A DNA stretch of 64,000 nt, taken from NCBI GenBank assembly GCA_963665615.2, contig CAXXQE010000001.1:575151-639150 (forward strand), given 5' to 3'. The stretch comes from Syntrophales bacterium. Lineage in GTDB: Bacteria > Desulfobacterota > Syntrophia > Syntrophales > UBA4778. Below, piece after piece: positions 31,366 through 41,974 of this stretch. Both the position numbers and the translations under genes were made by a program. Numbering within the stretch: the stretch's first letter is position 1; each line of letters opens with the position of its first letter. Under the pieces are notes generated by a model, which did no database searches, was not told the DNA's origin, and saw only the letters and a program-made list of their open reading frames with translations.

Positions 31366-32475
31366 TTAATCTTTCAAGGTTGAAGCGTCAATTCGCTGCA
31401 CGGTGAAATCCAGTCTTTGCTCTTTCCTTTTGACGGTCAGTTTGACGGTGGAGCCGGGTTGGCCTCTCAGCTTCACAATCCTTTCCCCTGGATTCTTGAG
31501 TTGCGCGAGCTCCGCTCCGTCGATGGCGATGATTTCGTCCCCATTGACAATCCCTGCTTTTTCGGCAGGCCCATCTTTTGTCAGATAGACGGTCAGGCCG
31601 CCTGACGGGCTGGGATATACCTGCGAACATCCGATGAGTCCTGGCGGGAGCGGTCCCAGAAAGACCATCTCGACAGGGCGCTGTTCCGTGGCGCTCATCT
31701 CCTTGCATGCCTTGTCGCCGAAAAAGGCCGGGTCAACTTCCACGACCTTGTATTTTGAACGCATCAGTTTCAGAACCATACGTTTGTTCTGATCGTCGAG
31801 GCTTCCCTCGACAGCGCCCTTTTCAGCAGGGATGGTACAGGGGTCCGTATAAGGTGTGTGCCATGAAGGAACGTCATAGTAGCCGGCAAGTGTTTTGCCG
31901 GTGAGGGTCAGATTGATAGCAAGTGCTTCAGCGGGCAGTGACTTCAATTCGCCCATGTTGATCACCCCTACATAGGCGGTCAGACTGTAATCATCCGTGG
32001 ATCGTGCGTGATTCCCCTGGATCAGCATCTTGTTTCCTTCAGCTTTGATGCCGTACCAGCTGCCTTCCGTATCTACCCATGTTCCGGACAGCGACAAGAC
32101 TTTCTCGGTTCGTTCCAGCTTGTATTTGAGTTTGATGATCTCGTCTTTGACACGCAACGTATCCGCTGACTGCGGTACGAGCGTCAGATAGCGCTGATAG
32201 CACGTAATGGCCTCTCTGAGGTGTCCTGTTTTAGACTGTACTGAACCGAGGTTATACCAAGCCGCGGCCATATTTGGCGCAATCTCGGTGGCCTTCTTGA
32301 ATTCTTCGGCGGCGGCCAGAAGGTCTTCTTCGTTTTTGGCCATTTCGATGGCCGCCGTTCCGCGCACAAGGTATTCGCGGGCTTCTTCGTCCCTGTTCTG
32401 GGAGAAGGCTGGGGTGATGACCGCAAAAGTCATCAAAAAAGTCGTTATAAAAAAAAGATGCCGACCCATCCTCAT
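31366..32475 (-). CDS. Exported TPR + PDZ domain protein (paralog)
   Basis: Very similar TPR N-terminus to 30212-31354; PDZ (GPAEKAGI..GDEIIAIDG..LRGQPGS). Confidence 0.8.
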   Translation of the reverse strand: MRMGRHLFFITTFLMTFAVITPAFSQNRDEEAREYLVRGTAAIEMAKNEEDLLAAAEEFKKATEIAPNMAAAWYNLGSVQSKTGHLREAITCYQRYLTLVPQSADTLRVKDEIIKLKYKLERTEKVLSLSGTWVDTEGSWYGIKAEGNKMLIQGNHARSTDDYSLTAYVGVINMGELKSLPAEALAINLTLTGKTLAGYYDVPSWHTPYTDPCTIPAEKGAVEGSLDDQNKRMVLKLMRSKYKVVEVDPAFFGDKACKEMSATEQRPVEMVFLGPLPPGLIGCSQVYPSPSGGLTVYLTKDGPAEKAGIVNGDEIIAIDGAELAQLKNPGERIVKLRGQPGSTVKLTVKRKEQRLDFTVQRIDASTLKD

Positions 32476-32538
32476 TTTTTCACTTTCCCTTTCATTCGAA
32501 GTCCGTGAGCGTCACAGTTACCGGTTACTGTTTTCTGT

Positions 32539-33591
32539 TTACTCCGTCTCGCTATTGTTCGCTTTGCCCAGCTGCTGCATGTCCGAGCGGGCCTGCTTTT
32601 CCTGCTCTTCCAGTTGCCTCAGTTCCGCTGCCGCTTTTTCCCGGTTTTCCTTCGCGCGTTGCAGAGCCTCTCGGGCCTTTCTCAGGGCATCGTCATCGGT
32701 TTTTTTCTCTGTTGTCGCCTTCTGCTCCTCATGTGCGACCGTACTCTCGAGTTGTTTCACCTCTTGATCCAGCTTGTCGACCGTCTGGCGAGAGGTGCCG
32801 ATCCGACCAAGGAGATCTTTCAAAAGGTCCTGCGCGTGTTTCGCCTTGATCTCGTTTTCAGCGTTGACCGGCGGCCCGGGGTCGGGAACTTTCGGCAGGA
32901 TCGCTGCCGGCAGATTCTTGGGAGGATTTTCCCAGTCGCTTCGTTTCTCGCTGTTGAGTTTCCCCTCGCTGACGGCCTGTCTCCCCTCGCGTTCCAGCAG
33001 GCCGAGCTGGCCGACTGCCGAAGGTTCCGGCGGCATTTTTAAATCGATCGTATTGGGTTTGGACATGGCGATATCGCCCTTGAGATCGACGAGAAGCTGC
33101 TGCTGATTTGCGTAGTAAGCCCTTTCAGCCGCCGCCTTTTCCGCCAGTTGCTGTTGCAGGATCTTATGCTGTGTGGCCAGGGTCGCCGCATTGGGTTGAG
33201 GTTGGCTCTGTTTCTTGGGCGCCGGCGGGTTCAGCAGACCATTCAGAACGCCCTGCACGAGTTGCTGTTTGATGGCGTTCTCCGTGCTCCCTTTGCCGCC
33301 GCCTAATCCGCCCGTAATCCCGCTGCCTCCCCCGCTGTTTCCGCTTGAATAGCAGTTGCCGGTGAAGTCAAATTTGTGGACAGGGTCACTCAATGTTTTC
33401 TGATAATAGGCTTGGCATTCAGACTGGGTCGGCCAACAGGCGCGCGTAAAACTTCCGCCGCTTTTGGCGACAAAATCTTTGACCTGTGGCGAATAATCCA
33501 TACAGTATTCTGCGTGCGCTATTCTCGCAGTCATTAGAAGAAGCGTCGTCAGCGTCAAGATGGCGAGGCATTTAATGCGATGATGCATCAT
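32539..33591 (-). CDS. Hypothetical exported protein: Cys-containing N-domain, Gly-rich linker, C-terminal coiled coil
   Basis: Signal peptide (AHA), 4 Cys, GGGSG linker, long EK/Q-rich helix. Confidence 0.7.
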   Translation of the reverse strand: MMHHRIKCLAILTLTTLLLMTARIAHAEYCMDYSPQVKDFVAKSGGSFTRACWPTQSECQAYYQKTLSDPVHKFDFTGNCYSSGNSGGGSGITGGLGGGKGSTENAIKQQLVQGVLNGLLNPPAPKKQSQPQPNAATLATQHKILQQQLAEKAAAERAYYANQQQLLVDLKGDIAMSKPNTIDLKMPPEPSAVGQLGLLEREGRQAVSEGKLNSEKRSDWENPPKNLPAAILPKVPDPGPPVNAENEIKAKHAQDLLKDLLGRIGTSRQTVDKLDQEVKQLESTVAHEEQKATTEKKTDDDALRKAREALQRAKENREKAAAELRQLEEQEKQARSDMQQLGKANNSETE

Positions 33592-34495
33592 CCCCTCCTG
33601 ATTTTACTGCGATTGAGCCGGTCTTTTTTACGCCTTCAGCTGTGACAACTGCCGATTCTCCGGGGTCCAATATGACCTCACCTTTTCCGGATTGCGTTGC
33701 GACGGCAACGTGCCCCTTGATCACTTCAACGGTTGTCTCAGCGCTTTTTGTCTTGACGATGAACTCCGTTCCCCGCACGCCGCAGACGGCAGCCGGAGTC
33801 CGGACGGTAAATCGTTTGTCTCCCCACGCTTTGACACGTGCCTTAAGATAGGCCGCTCCGGCTTCAAGTTCCGCCATGAAGCCTTTGTCATCATCCTGTT
33901 TAACGGTCATACTGGATGATTCCTGGAGGACGGCTTCACCATTTCCATTCGCAACAAAGAGGTGCGCCTGGCCGCCGGGACCGGTTTTTACCTGTTCGCC
34001 GGGCTGCAGGGGTTGAGAAGAATCGGTGATGGGGTTTCCATCGGCGGCAAATCGTTCGACACGACCCTTTTCGGGAAGGAGGACGGCGTGGGCCTTCTTT
34101 CCCAGCGATTGGCGCACTGATTCAAGAGCCTGCCGGCGTTCTGCGAGGAAGTCGGAAGCTTTTTGAAGGAGCTTCCGGGCTAAACGTAGTTCGTCATCTG
34201 CTACTTGTTCGGCTTCTCGCGCAATGGAGAGCGCTTCATAGTTGCCACTGCTTTTAGCGGCAGACGAGGCGTTTTGAGCGGCGGATCGATCGGTCTCCGC
34301 TATCTGGACGCGCTTTTCCGCCCGCGTTAATGACCGAGCTGCCTGTTCACGCAGATCTTCTGCCAGGGAGACGATGCGGTTGCCCCAATTGGGGTCGATT
34401 TCTGTTGAATCAGCTCGCGCTGTCAGGGGTGACAAAATCAGAAGAAGGACAAAAGGGAACCAGAGGATCTGTTTAATGCAGGTCATTGTTTTCAT
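33572..34495 (-). CDS. Exported FecR-domain protein with N-terminal coiled coil
   Basis: LQPGEQVKTGPGG, RFTVRTPAAVCGVRGTEF, VEVIKGHVAV. Confidence 0.8.
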   Translation of the reverse strand: MKTMTCIKQILWFPFVLLLILSPLTARADSTEIDPNWGNRIVSLAEDLREQAARSLTRAEKRVQIAETDRSAAQNASSAAKSSGNYEALSIAREAEQVADDELRLARKLLQKASDFLAERRQALESVRQSLGKKAHAVLLPEKGRVERFAADGNPITDSSQPLQPGEQVKTGPGGQAHLFVANGNGEAVLQESSSMTVKQDDDKGFMAELEAGAAYLKARVKAWGDKRFTVRTPAAVCGVRGTEFIVKTKSAETTVEVIKGHVAVATQSGKGEVILDPGESAVVTAEGVKKTGSIAVKSGGDDASSH

Positions 34496-34622
34496 AGAGA
34501 AATAAAAATAAATATTTTTTACGACAATTGGCTGTGCCGTATGTCGGTCGATTGCCGACGGCATTTTATGTATCTTCATAATCTTTCAAGTTTCAGAGTG
34601 GATTAACTCTGATCCCCTATGT

Positions 34623-34649
34623 CTTTCGGAACAGGACCCAGAAAACTTA
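34623..34649 (-). promoter_or_regulatory. sigma28-like promoter of the FecR/TPR-PDZ operon
   Basis: Minus strand TAAG-N15-TCCGAAAG. Confidence 0.5.
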
Positions 34650-34727
34650 ACAGGTTTAAAAAAGGTCTTCAACTTTTTGTTTGACGCTCTCCAGCGGAAA
34701 ATATATCGTGCCGGAAAAGAGGTTCAC

Positions 34728-36098
<1,371 letters not shown>

Positions 36099-36117
36099 TC
36101 AGAATTAGAGGATTGCA

Positions 36118-36287
36118 GAGGGTTGCCGGACGGCTCTCTCCCGCTCAGAAATCTTTTTCCGTCATGTTCGAGGCCGGATTGCCTATACCGTCGGGATGGA
36201 AAAATCTTTAATTCGCGTTCGAGGCCCATCCGGCAATCCTCTTGTTTTTATGATAAATGCGTGATTTGACTTTTTACGAGTCCATCA
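36118..36287 (+). mobile_element. MITE family A copy (right part, empty passenger site)
   Basis: Right TIR GACTTTTTACGAGTCCATCA; body aligns with the other copies. Confidence 0.75.
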
Positions 36288-36336
36288 ACTGTCAACTGGA
36301 AACTACGGCGCCCGCCGCTTTGAGGCAGCTATTGCC

Positions 36337-37020
36337 ATGAATATTCTCGTTGTTGATGACGAAAAAGACATTGTCGATCTGATCGCCTATAACCTCGAAA
36401 AGGAGGGCTTTGCCGCTTCCCGCGCCTATGACGGCGAGACGGCCCTCAAACTGATCCAGACCGCCCCGCCCGATCTGGTGGTCCTCGATCTCATGCTGCC
36501 GGGCATCCAGGGCCTCGATGTCTGCAAGCAGGTGCGGAAGAACCCCGCCACGGCGCGGGTGCCGATCATCATGCTGACGGCCAAGGGGGACGAGATCGAT
36601 CGCGTCCTGGGATTGGAGATAGGCGCAGACGATTATCTGGCGAAACCCTTCAGCGTCCGGGAACTCATTGCCCGGATTCGCGCCATCTTGCGCCGTGCGA
36701 CCGTCCCGGACAATGGAACGGATGTCTTCAGGTTCGGCAATCTCGAAGTCGATTATGGCTCCTACGAGGCGGTGCGCGATGGCCGCAAACTCGATCTCAG
36801 CCCGACGGAAATCAAGCTCCTCATTTTTTTCACGAAACATCCCGGCAGGGTCTTTACCCGCGACCAGATCCTCGATCAGGTCTGGGGCAGCGAGGCCTTT
36901 GTCGAGCCCCGCACAGTCGATGTTCATATCCGCAGGCTACGCGCTCAGATCGAAATCGATCCAGAGAACCCGGAATTCATTCTGACCGTGAGAGGAGTAG
37001 GGTATAAGTTTAAAAAATAG
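36337..37020 (+). CDS. phoB: OmpR/PhoB family response regulator, probably PhoB
   Basis: Receiver DD/D/K motifs, PRTVDVHIRRLR, TVRGVGY; the only response regulator near pst-phoU-phoR. Confidence 0.75.
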   Translation: MNILVVDDEKDIVDLIAYNLEKEGFAASRAYDGETALKLIQTAPPDLVVLDLMLPGIQGLDVCKQVRKNPATARVPIIMLTAKGDEIDRVLGLEIGADDYLAKPFSVRELIARIRAILRRATVPDNGTDVFRFGNLEVDYGSYEAVRDGRKLDLSPTEIKLLIFFTKHPGRVFTRDQILDQVWGSEAFVEPRTVDVHIRRLRAQIEIDPENPEFILTVRGVGYKFKK

Positions 37021-37265
37021 TTCGGGGTTCTGAGTTCAGGGGTCAGAGACGGGGAAAGCCTCATATACTGCTCTTGTCCTAGCGTCGTTGGGGATTGCGC
37101 TTCGGATCCCGCAGAAAAAGCATCCTGAGGGTACGACTTCCTTTCGGAAGTCCATACCCTGCAATATTTATAACGAACTAGACTACAAATGAAGAGAGTG
37201 ATAGTCAGAAGCTTCCCGTCAGCTAACAAAAATCAAAACCGGCTCTCTACGCCAGAACAGGGATG

Positions 37266-39143
37266 TCACAGGGCTTGCAAGCTTTCCTGAATATTTGACG
37301 GCTTAACTTCATATAGAGGAGCAGGCTCGGCCTCTTCTATAAAAAATCTTTTCTCCAGCGCAGTGCGGATACGCAGAACAACCTCCCCCCAGTTACCCGA
37401 TTCTTTCTGATTAAATAGACGAAGCGAAGGATACCAGGGACTGTCATCACGGCCAACAAACCAGCGCCAACAACTATTAAACCGGTTAATCACCCATACC
37501 GGTTTTCCCAAGGCACCGGCCAAATGAGCGACGGCTGTATCGACACTGATCACAAGATCAAGATTCGTGATGAACGCAGCCGTGTCTGCAAAATCGTGAC
37601 AATCCGACATCCAATCAATAAGATGAAATCCTTCAGCTGCTTGTGCGCGTTCTTTCTGCAGAGAAAAGAACTGAATGTTAGGTACGTCCATTAAAGGGGA
37701 CAGGACATTCAATGCGATCGATCTTTTTTTATCCGTTGCGATCAAGTCCGGTGAATAGGAGCGCGCGCTGCCCGACCATACGAGACCGACTTTGAATGCG
37801 TTGCTTTTCAAGGCAACCATGCGTTCAGCCCATTTGTCAACATCCGCCGATCGAGGCCATAGGTAAGGAACTTCGGAAGGGATCGTGTCAGGAACCGTCC
37901 GAAATGCCAAAGGAAGGCTCATCATCGGACAGTGAAGGTCAAAGGATGGAATTTCCTCCGTAGTAGAGGAGATAACTTTTTCGACGCCATCCAGAGACTG
38001 GACGAGTCGTTTCAACGGTGGCGGGACAGCCATGATCACCCGGAAGCCGCGCGCTTTGATGAGAGGCGCGTAACGGCAGAACTGCAGGGTATCGCCGAAT
38101 CCCTGTTCCGCGTGGATCAGGATGGTCTTCCCTTCACCTGCCTCGCCGTTCCATAGGGGGCGACTGAAGTTCCTGGCGGAATGTCTGAGTTGCTGCGACT
38201 GCCAGCGCCATTCATATTCACGCCAGCCTTCGTTAAAATGCCCCAATGCCAGCAAGGCCATTGACAGGTTTTTATGGATGTCGGCATTGTCCGGCGCAAT
38301 ATGCAATGCTTTTCTATAAGCAACAATGGCCTCTTCAATCCGCCTGGCATCTTTCAAGGCATTCCCGAGATTGTTAAGGGCATCCAGAGAATCTGGGCGC
38401 AACGTCAAGGCTTGCCGGCTATCGTGGATGGCCTCTTCAAGGTTACCCTTCAGCCGGTGGGTTGCACTCAAGTTACTGAGGATCTCGGGATGAGCCTGGT
38501 TGTAGTTTAAGGCTGTCCGGTACAGGTTTTCTGCGGCATCCAGATCATTTTGCATGAAACGGATTAGTCCCAGGTTATTCAATAAATAATGATCGTTGGG
38601 TTTGAATGATAATGCTTGTTCGAAACAGGCTGCCGCCTCGGCCAGATTGTTCATTGCCGCCAGGGTGTTCCCTTTATCATTTAAAATTTCCGGATTATTA
38701 GGTTCGTACTCCAAAGCCTTGTTGAAGGCACTGAGCGATCCTTCCAGATTGCATGAACTCCTATAGATATTTCCAAGATGCCAATAGGCCTTGACGTGGC
38801 CTTGATTCAGTTCGACAACGCGCATCATAAAAAATACGGCGATGTCATTCTTTTTCTGATGCATCAAGATGATGGCATAATTGTAGAGAATCGGAATGGA
38901 TTGCGGACTTAGGCATAAGGCTTTTATCATCAAGTTCTCCGCTTCATTGAGCCTGCCGCAAAGAAAGGCATAGATGCCCTGCACTAAGTAAACATTCGCA
39001 TCTTCCGGATGCCTGCGCAGAAAGTCAATGCAATGCTTCATCGCCGTCGCCAGCCGTTTCTGAAGGTCGTATTCAGATTTGGCTAAAAGTTCTGCTTGTA
39101 GGTCATCTAACAGAAGTTCTTCATTGTTGCAGCATCCATTCAT
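37266..39143 (-). CDS. TPR-repeat glycosyltransferase (GT-B, GT9-like C-terminus)
   Basis: Multiple TPRs, then GWREYEWR, EQGFGDTLQFCRY, DLVISVDTAVAHLAGALG, WRW...SPWYP. Confidence 0.85.
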   Translation of the reverse strand: MNGCCNNEELLLDDLQAELLAKSEYDLQKRLATAMKHCIDFLRRHPEDANVYLVQGIYAFLCGRLNEAENLMIKALCLSPQSIPILYNYAIILMHQKKNDIAVFFMMRVVELNQGHVKAYWHLGNIYRSSCNLEGSLSAFNKALEYEPNNPEILNDKGNTLAAMNNLAEAAACFEQALSFKPNDHYLLNNLGLIRFMQNDLDAAENLYRTALNYNQAHPEILSNLSATHRLKGNLEEAIHDSRQALTLRPDSLDALNNLGNALKDARRIEEAIVAYRKALHIAPDNADIHKNLSMALLALGHFNEGWREYEWRWQSQQLRHSARNFSRPLWNGEAGEGKTILIHAEQGFGDTLQFCRYAPLIKARGFRVIMAVPPPLKRLVQSLDGVEKVISSTTEEIPSFDLHCPMMSLPLAFRTVPDTIPSEVPYLWPRSADVDKWAERMVALKSNAFKVGLVWSGSARSYSPDLIATDKKRSIALNVLSPLMDVPNIQFFSLQKERAQAAEGFHLIDWMSDCHDFADTAAFITNLDLVISVDTAVAHLAGALGKPVWVINRFNSCWRWFVGRDDSPWYPSLRLFNQKESGNWGEVVLRIRTALEKRFFIEEAEPAPLYEVKPSNIQESLQAL

Positions 39144-39188
39144 ATCCGCATCTCCTTTGCTTGGACTCCAAAAATGACGGTCGAAAGT

Positions 39189-39226
39189 GGAGATAGAGCC
39201 GGGATAGGTTGTGCGGCTCTATCTCC
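39189..39226. terminator. 13-bp hairpin between the Ser/Thr-rich gene and the glycosyltransferase gene
   Basis: GGAGATAGAGCCG / CGGCTCTATCTCC. Confidence 0.55.
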
Positions 39227-39250
39227 CGGTAGGTCGGAAGCGACATGGGG

Positions 39251-40201
39251 CTAACTCACAGATGAAATGGCCTGCATATTTTCCAGGTCTTTTTCAAGCT
39301 GCGTCAAATAACTCTGTGCACTCGTCGAATCGCCTGACTGAAGGGCTGTCCAGAGCGAACTTAAATCGGCAGATAGTGTAGAGGAGATGCTGCTTGTACT
39401 AGAGGTTGAACTGGCGGAAGAACTTGCGTCGGCATTGGCAAAATCACCAGGCGGTGGCGGTGGTGGACCCTGGAGATGCTGTGCCATTTTCTGGAATGTG
39501 CTTTCAGCTGTGGAAAAATCACCCGACGAGATGGCCTGCTCGATCGCGTTCAGATCATTGAGCAGTGGATTGGAACTGTCTGAACTGGACGTGCTGGAAG
39601 TGGAAGCAGTCGAACTGACAGTCCCGAGGTCTTTTTCAAGCTGCGTCAAATAACTCTGTGCACTCGTCGAATCGCCTGACTGAAGAGCCGTCCAGAGCGA
39701 ACTTAAATCGGCAGATAGTGTGGAGGAGATGCTGCTTGTACTAGAGGTTGAACTGGCGGAAGAACTTGCGTCGGTATTGGCAAAATCACCAGGAGGTGGC
39801 GGGGGTGGACCTTGGAGATGTTGTGCCATTTTCTGGAATGTGCTTTCAGCTGTGGAAAAATCACCCGACGAGATGGCCTGCTCGATCGCGTTCAGATCAT
39901 TGAGCAGTGGATTGGAACTGTCTGAACTGGACGTGCTGGAAGTGGAAGCAGTCGAACTGACAGCTCCGAGATCGGATTCAAGTTGTGTTAAGAAGCTCAA
40001 TGCACTCGTGCTGCTGTTGGCCTGAAGTGCGGCCCACAGCGATGTTAAATCCGTAGCAATTGTACTAAAACTACTCGTTGAACTGGTTGATGTTGTGGAT
40101 GCCGAAACACCCGTTCGATCGCTTGCGGCCGAACTTGACGAACGGCTGTTGTTTACTTGGTAATACCAGCTGTTATTGGAACTGACACCGGATACTGACA
40201 T
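39251..40201 (-). CDS. Ser/Thr-rich repetitive protein (316 aa)
   Basis: AAGGAGG RBS, MSVSGVSS start, helical modules separated by poly-S/T linkers and GPPPPPPG. Confidence 0.8.
   Translation of the reverse strand: MSVSGVSSNNSWYYQVNNSRSSSSAASDRTGVSASTTSTSSTSSFSTIATDLTSLWAALQANSSTSALSFLTQLESDLGAVSSTASTSSTSSSDSSNPLLNDLNAIEQAISSGDFSTAESTFQKMAQHLQGPPPPPPGDFANTDASSSASSTSSTSSISSTLSADLSSLWTALQSGDSTSAQSYLTQLEKDLGTVSSTASTSSTSSSDSSNPLLNDLNAIEQAISSGDFSTAESTFQKMAQHLQGPPPPPPGDFANADASSSASSTSSTSSISSTLSADLSSLWTALQSGDSTSAQSYLTQLEKDLENMQAISSVS
39285..39962. repeat. 342-bp in-frame tandem duplication (114 aa)
   Basis: 39285-39626 is nearly identical to 39627-39962; a third, diverged partial copy lies at about 39969-40070. 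Confidence 0.92.
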
Positions 40202-40802
40202 AATGGATCCTCCTTTCAACTTAAGTCTGCATAGTCTATGTTTCGTTTTAATGAGCGGCATTGTCTCATAGCGAACTGCATGGAAATACATATTAAAGTT
40301 TATTAATCGACTTTAATAATCGTCTCCCTTCATTCGGAATGCGACTTACACCAATCAAGCTTAAAGAAACTCAACTTGATATTCACACGCCTGTTGCCTC
40401 TCTGCCATGACGTCAATGGCAGCATCTTTCAGCACTCTCAAAGAGTGCGCCTAGAAGTTTAAATTGGGCGTAAATTAACAAAAAATAACAAAATAATGAC
40501 CGCCTACTTAGAGCAGCTCGAAGCGTTAATCTCCCTAAATGGCGAAAACAATGAGTTTGACCAGATTGCTGTCGTTTGTTGACAATAAAAAGAGAGCGGG
40601 AATTGTAAAGCGGGATTCCGGAGAATAATAAAAACTTCATTCAAGTAATCGGAAAATATTTCCTGCAGCTGTATGTATTCGAGATCTTCTTGCCGATCAT
40701 GAAGTGTCCGATGGTCTCAGATTGTCTGAGGCGACGGACTTGAGTTAATCGAATTTCCGAACTGTCCGGCAAATTAATTTCAAGCTAAACCTGCCGTAAC
40801 TG

Positions 40803-40837
40803 AAAACCCGTCGAACAGAGCAACTATTCGGCGGGTT
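40803..40837 (-). terminator. Rho-independent terminator (minus strand)
   Basis: AACCCGCCGAATAG-loop-CTGTTCGACGGGTT followed by further T residues. Confidence 0.6.
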
Positions 40838-41004
40838 ACGTGATCCTCGCTACTTGCTCGATAGGGGAAGGGGCACGCCGGACCGATGGCTTGAAGACGA
40901 ACCCCTGACGCCCTTCCTTTGTTATAAATCGCTGAAAATTGTGTAGGACATCATGGATTTCGATTGGAAATCGTGATACTGGAAAAAGCACAATAGTCAA
41001 GCAC

Positions 41005-41175
41005 GGGGTGTTATACGGATCCGCATAACATCCCTACTGAATCAGTGGGGAATGAGTCGATTTTTTTAGAAAACGGAATGTTGGAGTTAAAACATAAGGC
41101 GACTTCAAGGGGTGTTATGCCGCAATAATTGCGGTGTTCGGGTTTTTATAGAGATCTATATAAACACTGTTAGGG
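41005..41175 (+). other. Integron attI-like region
   Basis: Core GTTAGGG at 41169-41175 precedes the first cassette; GGGGTGTTAT repeats at 41005 and 41109; palindrome at 41005-41034. Confidence 0.6.
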
Positions 41176-41188
41176 GGAAATATTAAGA

Positions 41189-41800
41189 ATGAGAATACTT
41201 CCGATTTTCGCGCTCGTAATTATCTGTTCTCTGTCGGGGTGCATAAGCAATCCGATAAATGCAAAGACCGGAGCGAACTATTACGAATGGGGGATGGAGG
41301 CCGAGAGGAATGGCGATCTCAGTCTGGCTCGTCAGAACTACTCCCGCGCTTATGACAACGCGCAGATGGGAAATCTCGGTCCCGCGCCGGAAGCATATGC
41401 AATGTATGAGTGGTCCAGAGTCACTGGTTACCTCGGCATGTATGCCGAAGCTGAGAAAGGTTTTAGTGACGTGCTCATTCTTATAGATAAGTCAGGTGGA
41501 AAAGCTGATAATCTGAAACCTCCAACCTTGTTAGAACTGGCCCGGTTGCTTCACGATACGAGCCAGCATGGAAAAGCCTTGCCTATCTATGAAAAGGCAC
41601 TAGCCGAACTCGACAAGCATGATATAGAGAAGGCTGACCCTATTGGTTTCACTCTCGTACTTGATGATTATTCTCAGTCGCTACGGGCTGTCGGAGATGT
41701 TTCACATGCAGACGAGATAGCGTCAAAGTCTCAGATTATTAAAGATAGGAATAAGAGTGCAGAAGCAAAGTTCGTCGGTAAACGTTACAAGAACCTCTAA
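41189..41800 (+). CDS. Gene cassette 1: TPR-like lipoprotein
   Basis: Lipobox LSGC, TPR-like helices; stop codon lies inside the attC R'' box. Confidence 0.8.
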   Translation: MRILPIFALVIICSLSGCISNPINAKTGANYYEWGMEAERNGDLSLARQNYSRAYDNAQMGNLGPAPEAYAMYEWSRVTGYLGMYAEAEKGFSDVLILIDKSGGKADNLKPPTLLELARLLHDTSQHGKALPIYEKALAELDKHDIEKADPIGFTLVLDDYSQSLRAVGDVSHADEIASKSQIIKDRNKSAEAKFVGKRYKNL

Positions 41801-41861
41801 CGATCGCTCGCACCTGATCGGCAGGAAAAACGCCTGCCTCCAGGTGAAGCGTATGTTGGCA
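41795..41861 (+). mobile_element. attC site 1
   Basis: R'' CTCTAAC ... CACCTG/GGCAGG-loop-CCTGCC/CAGGTG ... R' GTTGGCA, 67 bp. Confidence 0.8.
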
Positions 41862-41877
41862 CGGACGCTTCGTGCCG

Positions 41878-41937
41878 CGCCAACGGGGCCGCGTCTTGCC
41901 ATTCGCCGTTCGCCGCTGATACGCGGCCTCGTTCGGT
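41878..41937 (+). mobile_element. attC-like site 2 (atypical), closing an ORF-less cassette
   Basis: R'' CGCCAAC, GGGGCCGCGT/ACGCGGCCTC stem, R' GTTCGGT, 60 bp. Confidence 0.6.
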
Positions 41938-41974
41938 TCCTGCATCGATTCCAATATTGGCATTTAGGCTTTAA

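Noticed and set aside
34500..34620. c-di-GMP riboswitch ahead of the FecR operon
   Set aside because: Two hairpins are present, but the conserved GEMM core motifs are not
39285..39962. Tandem duplication as an assembly artefact
   Set aside because: The copies differ at several, mostly synonymous, positions
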